Virus record (IMG/VR): IMGVR_UViG_3300020016_000034
Location: 1 to 29,277 of that record
Strand: one strand, 5' to 3'
Length of the DNA stretch: 29,277 nt
From: a virus
Lineage: Duplodnaviria > Caudoviricetes
Shown: piece by piece, positions 1 through 7,361 of the stretch
Layout of the letters: each line of letters opens with the position of its first letter
Position numbering within the stretch: the stretch's first letter is position 1
The notes under the pieces: generated by a model
Databases searched by the model: none
What the model saw: only the letters and a program-made list of their open reading frames with translations
What the model was told of the DNA's origin: nothing
Program-made: the position numbers and the translations under genes

Positions 1-549
1 CAACCACGCACGGCGACGGAGGTGCTCGCCCCGGCCCCAGTGGACTTTGAACGGCAGCTCGAACCACGCACAATTCAAGAGGCCAAGCAACTCGCGGAGT
101 GGATGTTTGCCGCGCGCCTGTTCAACGGGTACGGCAACGCGCCTGCGGTGCTGGCGACCATGATGGCGGGCCGGGAGCTGGGCTTTCAGGCGATTGCCTC
201 CCTGCGGGCGTTCCACGTGATCGACAACAAGCAATCACTGGCCGCCGACGCGATGCGGGCCAAAGTGCTGCGGTCGGGTCTCGCCAAATACTTCCGCCTC
301 ATTACATCGTCCGACGAGGGCGCGACGTGGGAAACGTGGCGCGTGAACGACCCAGAACCGACGCCCTTCACCTTCACGATCGTCGAAGGCCGACGCGCGT
401 ATCCCGGCGATGACCGGGCATGGGCTAAAAGCAACTGGGGGGCGCGCCCGAAGGATATGGTCATCAAGACCGCCTCGGCGAAGCTGTGCCGACTAGTGTA
501 TGCCGATGTGCTGTTCGGGCTCTACGCGCCCGAGGAGTTGCGCGATTGA
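1..549 (+). CDS. RecT/Red-beta-like single-strand annealing protein (5'-truncated)
   Basis: Frame open from base 1; motifs MAGRELG..ASLRAFHVIDNK..L.ADAM and W..RPKDM...A..LCRLVYADVLFGLYAPEEL resemble phage RecT-like proteins. Confidence 0.7.
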   Translation, partial: QPRTATEVLAPAPVDFERQLEPRTIQEAKQLAEWMFAARLFNGYGNAPAVLATMMAGRELGFQAIASLRAFHVIDNKQSLAADAMRAKVLRSGLAKYFRLITSSDEGATWETWRVNDPEPTPFTFTIVEGRRAYPGDDRAWAKSNWGARPKDMVIKTASAKLCRLVYADVLFGLYAPEELRD

Positions 550-1007
550 GTACGGACCCGCGCGCCGAGACGTTGCGCCTGCTGACGAGCATCGACGTGA
601 CGCTCAAGCAGATCCTGAGCGCCGTCTCGCGCGCTCCGGGGCCGGTCGCCTCCGGTCCCCGCATCGCGGACGATCGCGACCTGGACTCGAAGTACGGCGA
701 CCCCGCGGTCAAGTTCAATCCGAAGGACTGGAGCGGGGAGAGTTTCAAGGGCTCACCGATGAGTCTCTGCCCGCCGGACTTTCTCGATCAGCTCGCCGAG
801 AGCTTCGACTACTTCGCGGAGAAGAATGCGGGCGTGCTGACGACGAGCGGCCAGCCGAAAGCCGAGTTCGACCGTCGCGCGGCCCGGCGGGCGCGCGGGT
901 GGGCCCGACGCCTGCGCACGAAGGCCAACGGCGGGGCGCCTGAGCCGACCACGAACAGTGCCCCAGCGTGGACCGGGAACGACTGGCCGACGGGGGAGGG
1001 GTTCTAG
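546..1007 (+). CDS. Hypothetical phage protein with low-complexity linker and acidic/aromatic C-terminal tail
   Basis: TTG start overlaps the upstream stop; globular core DLDSKYGDP..PKDW..CPPDFLD; ends NDWPTGEGF. Confidence 0.65.
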   Translation: MSTDPRAETLRLLTSIDVTLKQILSAVSRAPGPVASGPRIADDRDLDSKYGDPAVKFNPKDWSGESFKGSPMSLCPPDFLDQLAESFDYFAEKNAGVLTTSGQPKAEFDRRAARRARGWARRLRTKANGGAPEPTTNSAPAWTGNDWPTGEGF

Positions 1008-1286
1008 ATGGCCGATTTCAGGCCCTGCGCAGTGCCGTCCTGCCCCGCACTGGCGGTCGGCGGGGTGTACTGCCCGATTCATCGGTACGCGCAGCCAGCG
1101 ACGACGAGCGCCATCTGTCCGCGCTGTCACAAGGGCATCGCGCGGGGCCAGTTGACACGGACGCTGCCCGGCGTGTGCCGGACGCTGATTCATGCGTGGT
1201 GTTCACTCGAGGCGCCGGCCGTCGTGCGCGCGCCGAAGCGGAAGAAGGCGAAGGCCCGGCCCCTGTTCGATGAGCCGACGCCATGA
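1008..1286 (+). CDS. Small Cys/His-rich (Zn-finger-like) phage protein
   Basis: Starts immediately after the previous stop; CAVPSC..YCPIH, CPRC and HAWC motifs. Confidence 0.6.
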   Translation: MADFRPCAVPSCPALAVGGVYCPIHRYAQPATTSAICPRCHKGIARGQLTRTLPGVCRTLIHAWCSLEAPAVVRAPKRKKAKARPLFDEPTP

Positions 1287-1648
1287 GGAGCGGTCATAAG
1301 TACGGCGCGGTCGCGACGGTGGTCGACAACGTCCGTTTTGCCTCGAAGGCCGAGGCGCATCGTTATCAGGAGCTGCGCGTGCTCGAGCGCCTCGGCGAAG
1401 TGACGGAGCTCGAGCTGCAACCAAAGTTTCCGTTGTATGTCTCGCTGATGGGATCGAAAACGGTCGCGCCGTGCCTCGGCGAGTACCGCGCCGACTTCCG
1501 CTATCGCTTCGGGCCGCAGGGGCTATTGAAAGTCGAGGACGTCAAAGGCTACGAAGTGCCGTTGCAACGGTGGAAGCGGCGACACGCGGAGATCCAATAC
1601 GGGATCAGTGTCGAAGTGATTCGGATGCGTCGGGTGAGGGGGAGGTGA
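1283..1648 (+). CDS. DUF1064-family PD-(D/E)XK nuclease
   Basis: KYGAVATVVDNVRFASKAEAHRY, LELQPKF, YRADFRY and VEDVKG match the DUF1064 pattern; ATGA overlap. Confidence 0.85.
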   Translation: MRSGHKYGAVATVVDNVRFASKAEAHRYQELRVLERLGEVTELELQPKFPLYVSLMGSKTVAPCLGEYRADFRYRFGPQGLLKVEDVKGYEVPLQRWKRRHAEIQYGISVEVIRMRRVRGR

Positions 1649-2032
1649 TGGCCGTGGACTGGTGGAACATCGTCTGGGGGAACTAATCGATCGGGAAGAC
1701 GCGCCATGCGGGCACGCACGATAGAAGTGCGGGGCTACACGGTTACTCAGCGAGACCGAGGGCGAACCCTGAAGCGCTGCGCGCATCCGGTGAGCGATAT
1801 ACCGGAGACTCTCTCGACGCTGGAGCCCGGGGAGGTTTACGTGATGGCCCCCCGGTCAGACTCACGCCCTCCCGGCGCTGACGCACACGGCCGTGCGGAC
1901 AAGCCTTCCGGGGCCTATCGGGGCGAGCCGAAGTGGTGCCGGCCAGGACGCGCGGGAGCGGGACGCAAGAGCCACGCGGAGGAAGCGGGGAGTGATGTTC
2001 ACTTCCGGTGCATTTCAGGGAGGTCTGTCTTC

Positions 2033-2329
2033 ATGGACGTTGAACCCTTTACCGCACGGGTGATGGCCTTTCTCGATGCGTACGACGGACTCTATGAGCA
2101 ACATCGGGGCGTCGCCTACTTCGGATCGCCGATTCGCGACTATCAAGCGGCGTGTGCGCTCTGTCGCAAACTGCCACACGAGGTGCTCGTCGAGCTCGCG
2201 ACGGTGTGTCTCTTGAGCGATGATCCGTTTCTCCATCAGGGGACATTGACGATCGGGAAGTTTCGGAGCCGGGTCAGTTGGTGCGCGGAACGGCTGGCGG
2301 CGGAGAAACAGAAACGGGGAATGGCGTGA
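2033..2329 (+). CDS. Hypothetical replication-module protein (ORF can be extended to 1706)
   Basis: GGGAGG SD before ATG 2033; helical domain reminiscent of phage initiator C-terminal regions; the 1706-2032 extension looks low-complexity. Confidence 0.5.
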   Translation: MDVEPFTARVMAFLDAYDGLYEQHRGVAYFGSPIRDYQAACALCRKLPHEVLVELATVCLLSDDPFLHQGTLTIGKFRSRVSWCAERLAAEKQKRGMA

Positions 2330-2616
2330 TCTGCGACCACTGTCGCGACCTCGGGATCGTGGTCATCGCCTACGCCTCGGGCGAGGCCGACGACTACGCC
2401 CTGTGTCTCTGTCGGGCGGGGCAGGCGTGGCGCGTCGATCGGAACCAAGGGCGGAAGACGAATCCGCTGTGGCATATCTGGGCCGCGCAGATGGGCGTTG
2501 ATCACGATCGGATCGGGCTATTGGAGGAGTTTTTTCCGGGGGAGGCGCCCGCGTGGTTTCAGGAGGTGCGGACGGACACGGGCGTCCTGCTGGCTGCTGG
2601 CCGCACGCGGAAGTGA
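2326..2616 (+). CDS. Zn-binding protein resembling the N-terminal Zn domain of helicase loaders
   Basis: GTGA overlap; CDHCRDLG...ALCLCRAG motif; no AAA+ domain follows. Confidence 0.55.
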   Translation: MICDHCRDLGIVVIAYASGEADDYALCLCRAGQAWRVDRNQGRKTNPLWHIWAAQMGVDHDRIGLLEEFFPGEAPAWFQEVRTDTGVLLAAGRTRK

Positions 2617-2678
2617 CAGCGCACTCCGCGCCGCACGTGCCGATTATGTTTTGCGGGCCGCGTGAGCGCGCAGGAGGC

Positions 2679-2975
2679 GTGAGATTGAGAGTCACCGATT
2701 TCAAGCGATGCGTATCCGACACGCACGAGCCGATCTGGTATCTGCCTCGCGATTATAAGGAATGCCCTGTCTGCGCGCTTCATAGGCGAGTGAAGGAGTT
2801 GCGCGAGGAGCGCCTGTTGGTAGGTGTACTGCTGGAATGGGCGAAGATGAAGGCGGATCAGTTCATACGAGAAGCCGGGTCGGTATCGCAGAGGGAGCGC
2901 GGTGGGTACGACGCGCTTGCGCCTTTGCCCGATCCGGCTCGTTCTGGCGCCGTGGACGGTGGGAAAGTCGAATGA
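2679..2975 (+). CDS. Hypothetical phage protein
   Basis: AGGAGG SD before GTG/TTG; CPVC motif followed by a coiled coil; ATGA overlap with the next gene. Confidence 0.55.
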   Translation: MRLRVTDFKRCVSDTHEPIWYLPRDYKECPVCALHRRVKELREERLLVGVLLEWAKMKADQFIREAGSVSQRERGGYDALAPLPDPARSGAVDGGKVE

Positions 2976-3068
2976 ACACCAAGCCGAACGACCAAGGCAG
3001 ATCAGAATCTACAGTCGCTGGGCGTCTCCCCGTCGTTCCCCAGGGGACGCGGCCGGAACCTTTGGTAT
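2972..3068 (+). pseudogene. 5' fragment of a phage gene interrupted by IS1595
   Basis: MNTKPNDQ...RPEPLV runs into the TSD and rejoins 5364-5686 in frame when the IS is removed. Confidence 0.8.
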
Positions 3069-3090
3069 GGGAACTATATACTTGACTCCC
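3061..3090. repeat. Left TSD (3061-3068) plus left TIR (3069-3090)
   Basis: TTTGGTAT followed by GGGAACTATATACTTGACTCCC. Confidence 0.96.
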
Positions 3091-3110
3091 TTGACGCATG
3101 GTGCTAGAAT
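3082..3110 (+). promoter_or_regulatory. sigma70-type promoter in the IS left end
   Basis: TTGACT-17 bp-TAGAAT with an extended -10 TG; the -35 box lies inside the TIR. Confidence 0.7.
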
Positions 3111-3137
3111 CCTCTCTAGAAAGTGAGGGTTTGCGAT

Positions 3138-3431
3138 ATGCCTACCGGGCTTCTCGGTCAACGGTTCAATCATCGGCACGCGGCCGGCGTCACGCGGTAT
3201 CAGGTGGACCGCGCGCATCGGGACCATGGCTATTTCGAGTGCGTGGCGATTCGTGGAGTCGAAGGGACGCACCACTTCGTCGGCGGCATTCAAGTATTCA
3301 GCCAGGAGGACATCCGCCACGCGCTGGCATTGGAACAGAAGCGCCTGCATGACGCGGCGACAGTGCCCGGATTCGACCCGACGCGCGATGGCGCACTCGC
3401 GCCCGGCTGTAGCGATAAGGCGGTGCGGTAA
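3138..3431 (+). CDS. IS passenger hypothetical protein 1
   Basis: GAGGG SD; TAATG coupling to the next ORF; lies downstream of the IS promoter. Confidence 0.6.
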   Translation: MPTGLLGQRFNHRHAAGVTRYQVDRAHRDHGYFECVAIRGVEGTHHFVGGIQVFSQEDIRHALALEQKRLHDAATVPGFDPTRDGALAPGCSDKAVR

Positions 3432-3670
3432 TGCCCCGCTCGAATAGCAGTCACTTTGCGCTGCGGCAGGGCAATCGACGCGGAGAATGGGCGACGGCTT
3501 GCGGACGGAGCGTTCGGGAACGGTCACTCTCGACGCTTGAATTTGCCGAGTGGATCTCATGCAACGAGTGCCGAGCGGCGGCGCTGGCAGCCAAAGCGGC
3601 CCTGTCCGGTGACGATGACTGCCGCGAAGCGCAGGACAATACGCCCTCTCTCGGGCCGTTTGGGAAGTAA
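3431..3670 (+). CDS. IS passenger Zn-finger-like protein 2
   Basis: H...TACG...SCNEC motif; translationally coupled; ends 4 nt before the transposase start. Confidence 0.55.
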   Translation: MPRSNSSHFALRQGNRRGEWATACGRSVRERSLSTLEFAEWISCNECRAAALAAKAALSGDDDCREAQDNTPSLGPFGK

Positions 3671-3674
3671 GGCC

Positions 3675-4622
3675 ATGCCGAAAGCCAATCCGACCAAATC
3701 CGCAATCAGCACGTTCGACCTGTTCGAGCGGTTTCCCGACAAGGAAGCCGCCCGGCTCTACCTCGAATCCCGCCTCTGGCCGAACGGCGCGGTGTGCCCT
3801 ATCTGCGGCTTGGGCGAGCGCATCACCATCCGGAAGGCTGGGTACTACCGCTGCAACCAGTGCGCGGAGGACTTCACCGTCCGCACTGGCACTGTCATGG
3901 AGCGGTCGCACATCCCGTTGCACAAATGGCTCTACGCCATGTACTTGCTCGTCACGGCCCGGAAGGGTATCTCCAGCCTCCAGCTCTCCAAGCAGATCGG
4001 CGTGACCCAGAAGTCGGCATGGTTCCTGTTGCACCGACTCCGTGAGGCGTGCGGCAAAGACCTCCGCAAACTCCAGGGCATCGTCGAGATTGACGAGACG
4101 TACATCGGTGGGAAGGAACGGAACAAGCACAAGGACAAGAAGCTGAATCTGGGGCGTGGCCCAGTTGGCAAGACGCCAGTCCTCGGCATGCGCGAGCGAG
4201 GCGGGCGGCTGAAGGCGATGACGCTGACCGATACCAGCGCCGAGACAATCCAGTCGCTCATCTACGCGAACGTCGAATATGGCTCGCATCTGCACACCGA
4301 CGAAGCGCCGGCCTACGCCGACATGGACGGCCTGTTCTATCGGCACGACGCCGTCAACCACGGACAAGGCCAGTACCGTCGGAAGAACGTCACCACTAAC
4401 AGCGCCGAGTCCTGCTTCGCCGTGATGAAGCGCGGCATCTACGGTGTCTACCACTTCATCAGCCCGAAGCACACCGACCGCTACGTAGACGAGTTTGCCT
4501 TCCGGCTGAACGAGGGCAACGTCGAACGGCCGACGATGGCCCGGCTGGACTCGTTCGTGAGCGGAATGGCGCTGAAGCGGCTGACCTACGCGGACCTGAT
4601 CGCCAATTCGGAGGGTAACTAG
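3675..4622 (+). CDS. IS1595-family (ISXO2-like domain) transposase
   Basis: N-terminal Zn ribbon (RLWPNGAVCPICG..YRCNQC), HTH (KGISSLQLSKQIGVTQKSAW) and catalytic motifs EIDETY, TDE, TNSAE, YVDEFAFRLN. Confidence 0.95.
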   Translation: MPKANPTKSAISTFDLFERFPDKEAARLYLESRLWPNGAVCPICGLGERITIRKAGYYRCNQCAEDFTVRTGTVMERSHIPLHKWLYAMYLLVTARKGISSLQLSKQIGVTQKSAWFLLHRLREACGKDLRKLQGIVEIDETYIGGKERNKHKDKKLNLGRGPVGKTPVLGMRERGGRLKAMTLTDTSAETIQSLIYANVEYGSHLHTDEAPAYADMDGLFYRHDAVNHGQGQYRRKNVTTNSAESCFAVMKRGIYGVYHFISPKHTDRYVDEFAFRLNEGNVERPTMARLDSFVSGMALKRLTYADLIANSEGN

Positions 4623-4844
4623 ATGGCAAGCAAGGGGATTCGAGAGGTTGAGGTCGCTATCGAAGCCGTCCTTTTGCAGCAGCGTGACTGCCTGCTGGCG
4701 GCCCTGAAGGCCATCGTAGAGACCGGTGACGATTGCCCTGCCTGCGACCGAGGCGTACTTAGGCATCCTGAAAATGGGCATTGGCCAACATGTCCCTTCG
4801 GCCACGCCCAAGTAGCTATCGCTGCGGTGGAAGGCAAGCTGTGA
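4623..4844 (+). CDS. IS passenger Zn-binding phage-like protein 3
   Basis: Starts right after the transposase stop; AALKA..CPACDR..GHWPTCPF. Confidence 0.6.
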   Translation: MASKGIREVEVAIEAVLLQQRDCLLAALKAIVETGDDCPACDRGVLRHPENGHWPTCPFGHAQVAIAAVEGKL

Positions 4845-5041
4845 AGCACCATTGCCCGATGTGCGGCGAACAGTGGGACGAGGACGTGTGCGCCAGTTGC
4901 GGCTGGAAAGAGCCGCCACGGGCACTTTGGGCGGTCGTAGACACGGTTCTGAAGTATCGGCCGACAGCCAGGAGCAAGCCGGCCGTTCAGCGGAAGCGAC
5001 GACGGACGATTCTCCAGAAGCAGCAAGCGAAGGGGAAGTGA
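4841..5041 (+). CDS. IS passenger protein 4 (Zn ribbon plus basic tail)
   Basis: GTGA overlap; CPMC..CASC followed by VVDTVLKYRP..KP..RKRRR. Confidence 0.6.
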   Translation: MKHHCPMCGEQWDEDVCASCGWKEPPRALWAVVDTVLKYRPTARSKPAVQRKRRRTILQKQQAKGK

Positions 5042-5042
5042 G

Positions 5043-5324
5043 ATGCACTCCTGTATGACGTGCGGCTGCGCGTGCTACTGCGGCGGTGACATTGACGATT
5101 GCGACGTTGGCGACCACTGCCGGATAGGTTGCGGGTGCCATGAGGACGAATCTGACGATGGCCCGGTCGAATGCCGCTGTGGCCGCGTGGCCTGCCGTGA
5201 GGCGTGCGAACAGTGCGGCGCTCCACTCTGCCCGATGTGCTTCGAGACTGGCGCCGGCTTTTGCGACCGTCATCCGGACGAGCAGTATCGGCCGCCCGAA
5301 GGCACCCACTATGCGGAGGGCTAG
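5043..5324 (+). CDS. IS passenger Cys-rich protein 5 (17 Cys in 93 aa)
   Basis: Multiple CxC and CxxC motifs; ends 9 nt before the right TIR. Confidence 0.6.
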   Translation: MHSCMTCGCACYCGGDIDDCDVGDHCRIGCGCHEDESDDGPVECRCGRVACREACEQCGAPLCPMCFETGAGFCDRHPDEQYRPPEGTHYAEG

Positions 5325-5333
5325 GCTATGTTC

Positions 5334-5363
5334 GGGAGTCAAGTATATAGTTCCCTTTGGTAT
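5334..5363. repeat. Right TIR (5334-5355) plus right TSD (5356-5363)
   Basis: GGGAGTCAAGTATATAGTTCCC followed by TTTGGTAT. Confidence 0.96.
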
Positions 5364-5686
5364 GGCCACCAGCCGACGCGCCGATTCAGCACGCTCTCGG
5401 GCATCCTGTCACCTACGACTGGCTGACTCTAGAGTTTCGCTACGTGGACGGCGAAGTCATGGACGCTGCTAACCAGCGCCCTTGCGTGCAATGCGGCGAA
5501 CCGGCGACGGCGGACGGTCACGATCCGTGTATCGCCAACCTTCCCGGCGTTGCATTCGCGTGCTGTGGACATGGCGTCACGCCAGCCTATGCAGATCTCG
5601 GAGATGGCCGGGTTGTCGAGGCCGTCAATGGTCACGAATTGAGAGCGGCGTTAGCGGCTGTCAGATTCTCGGAGGTCCAGCCATGA
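5357..5686 (+). pseudogene. 3' fragment of the IS-interrupted phage gene (Cys-rich)
   Basis: Begins within the right TSD; RPCVQCG...GHDPCIANLPGVAFACCGHG. Confidence 0.75.
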
Positions 5687-5928
5687 CTGAGCCGGGAACT
5701 GGATGGCAGTCAATGGCGACGGCTCCACGAGATGGAACGATGGTGAGGCTCCAGCGCATCTATCGGGGTGCGCTCATTGCCGAAGGATGTGGATTTTTTG
5801 GTGCCGTCATGGTCGATTACGACGAGGGGCCTGACACCTATGAGCACTGTTGGGTGTCAGAGGATCGACGGCACTTTTTTCCAGAACCGACGCGGTGGAA
5901 GCCGTTGCCAGAGGTGGGCCATGACTAA
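5683..5928 (+). CDS. DUF551-like small phage protein
   Basis: GGAGG SD; WQSMATAPRDGT...PTRWKPLP resembles the WQPIETAPKDG...PTHWMPLP family pattern. Confidence 0.7.
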   Translation: MTEPGTGWQSMATAPRDGTMVRLQRIYRGALIAEGCGFFGAVMVDYDEGPDTYEHCWVSEDRRHFFPEPTRWKPLPEVGHD

Positions 5929-6151
5929 GCCGGGGACGCAGTGTGATGCGCTGGTGCACTGCTGGCACGTCACATCGTCCACAACGAACGGGCTGGCGGT
6001 GACTGGTTACGACAGAGAAGTCTGCTGTTGGTGTGGGAAGCGCCGTAAAAATCATTGGCGCATTGTGAAGGATCCGGCGCACGGCCCGCATGTGGAGGAC
6101 AGCAAGATTATGTCAGGCGTGAAGTACGACTATGAACCGAGAGGGGCGTGA
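5921..6151 (+). CDS. Small Cys/His phage protein
   Basis: GAGG SD, MTKPGT start; HCWH..CCWCG..HGPH. Confidence 0.6.
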   Translation: MTKPGTQCDALVHCWHVTSSTTNGLAVTGYDREVCCWCGKRRKNHWRIVKDPAHGPHVEDSKIMSGVKYDYEPRGA

Positions 6152-6330
6152 TGATCGACCGAGAGACTGAGCCGGGGACGCTGCCGGACAGAAGGCGGCA
6201 CGAGCATACGAAGCGCGTCCCTTACTACCCGCAGAGGTCAGTTGGCGACGAGAGCGACTACCAATCACGCTGCGTCGAGTGCGGTGCGATTCTTCGCGAT
6301 CCGCCTAATCGGAGGTCCAGCCATGACTGA
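6148..6330 (+). CDS. Small phage protein
   Basis: Overlapping start/stop codons; HEH..CVECG. Confidence 0.55.
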   Translation: MMIDRETEPGTLPDRRRHEHTKRVPYYPQRSVGDESDYQSRCVECGAILRDPPNRRSSHD

Positions 6331-6844
6331 GCCGGTGACGCTGCCGGAGATCGAGAAGAGGAAACGTCCACGCAAGCCCGATGGGACGTACGCGCCAGAG
6401 CCATACGACGTGGTTTTCTGGAGACACGTCAACAAAACGGAAGGCTGCTGGCTTTGGACGGCGACCGTCAGCCGCAAGGGCTACGGCAAGTTCAAGGTCA
6501 ACAGGCGGACGCAGATGGCCTCTCGCGTGGCGTGGCTGCTGTGCGTAGGGCCGATACCTGACGGCCTCTGGGTGCTCCACCGTTGCGATAACCCGCCGTG
6601 CGTGAATCCTGCGCACTTATTCCTTGGCACCAGCGAAGACAACGTTGCTGACCGCGATGCGAAGGGCCGAGTGCGTCACGGCGAGACTCACCCGTGTGCG
6701 AAGTTGAAGGCGAGTGAAGTAGCTTCCATTCGCAGCCTGCACTCAGAAGGCGCCTCGCTGTGGTTTTTAGCAGGCAAGTTCGGGGTCACATCGGCCCACA
6801 TCAGTGACATTGTAAACGGGCGCAAATGGAAACAACTCGCATGA
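6323..6844 (+). CDS. HNH endonuclease with C-terminal HTH (homing-type)
   Basis: FWRHVNKTEGCWLW..GYG..VLHRCDNPPCVNPAHLFLGTSEDNVAD..KGR; AKL..V..IR..LAGKFGV..ISDIVNGRKWK. Confidence 0.92.
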   Translation: MTEPVTLPEIEKRKRPRKPDGTYAPEPYDVVFWRHVNKTEGCWLWTATVSRKGYGKFKVNRRTQMASRVAWLLCVGPIPDGLWVLHRCDNPPCVNPAHLFLGTSEDNVADRDAKGRVRHGETHPCAKLKASEVASIRSLHSEGASLWFLAGKFGVTSAHISDIVNGRKWKQLA

Positions 6845-7083
6845 TCAACATGACGGACTCGGAATACGAGAAGGCGCTAGAAGAGGCCCGAGAACGAGGG
6901 GCCGCCCAGGAGCGAGCATGCCTCCATGCTGAGCCCGTAGACCTGGCCGGCATCAGGGGTGAGTGCTGGTACTGCTTCAAGTCAGGATTTGTCTATCGCA
7001 ACAGCGGTGGCTACAACCTTTCGATGTGCGATGCCTGCCGTGATGCGACCCGCACGCCGCCCACACCGGAGGCTCAGAAGTGA
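6841..7083 (+). CDS. Small Zn-finger phage protein
   Basis: ATGA overlap; CWYC..CDAC. Confidence 0.55.
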   Translation: MINMTDSEYEKALEEARERGAAQERACLHAEPVDLAGIRGECWYCFKSGFVYRNSGGYNLSMCDACRDATRTPPTPEAQK

Positions 7084-7361
7084 CGGTCGCGTGCGCGAAC
7101 TGCGGAGGCTCAGGAAGTCTGCCCGATATGACGTGTTGTCCAGTTTGTGGCGGAGGAGGGCTCACGGTGCAGCTGGTTAAATTCGTGAAGTGGTTCCGAG
7201 AGACGAACATGGAGATGGGTTTCGGCTACGACCGCACGGCGTGGTTCGTCTACTGCCGGTATCGTGGCGATGCTGAGTGGGGCAAGCACTGCGGTCCGTA
7301 CTCCACGTCTGAGCAGGCGCGAGAGTGGATCCTTGCCATCCGTGAGACGGTGCCGCGATGA
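7080..7361 (+). CDS. Small protein with CxxCxGxG Zn motifs
   Basis: CANCGGSG..CPVCGGGG; GTGA and ATGA overlaps. Confidence 0.6.
   Translation: MTVACANCGGSGSLPDMTCCPVCGGGGLTVQLVKFVKWFRETNMEMGFGYDRTAWFVYCRYRGDAEWGKHCGPYSTSEQAREWILAIRETVPR

Larger units (their letters stand above)
3069..5355 (+). mobile_element. IS1595-family element carrying passenger genes (2,287 bp)
   Basis: Perfect 22-bp TIRs GGGAACTATATACTTGACTCCC at 3069-3090 and 5334-5355; 8-bp TSD TTTGGTAT at 3061-3068 and 5356-5363; IS1595-type transposase inside. Confidence 0.96.
5669..6348 (+). repeat. Dispersed direct repeats covering the RBS and first codons of consecutive genes
   Basis: TCGGAGGTCCAGCCATGACTGAGCCGG exact at 5669-5695 and 6309-6335; variants at about 5911-5939 and 6165-6188. 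Confidence 0.9.

Noticed and set aside
993-1000. GGGGAGGG KOPS-like octamer supporting FtsK/Xer activity
   Set aside because: Only a single occurrence noticed, which is expected by chance at this GC content
3009-5369. 786-aa minus-strand ORF spanning the entire IS
   Set aside because: It is in codon register with the transposase and most passenger genes on the + strand, as expected for a high-GC3 antisense shadow. It crosses both TIRs and has no recognisable motifs.
5669-6348. Repeats considered as a CRISPR array or integron attC sites
   Set aside because: Spacing is gene-sized and irregular, the repeats include SD and start codons, and there is no palindromic attC structure, cas gene or integrase
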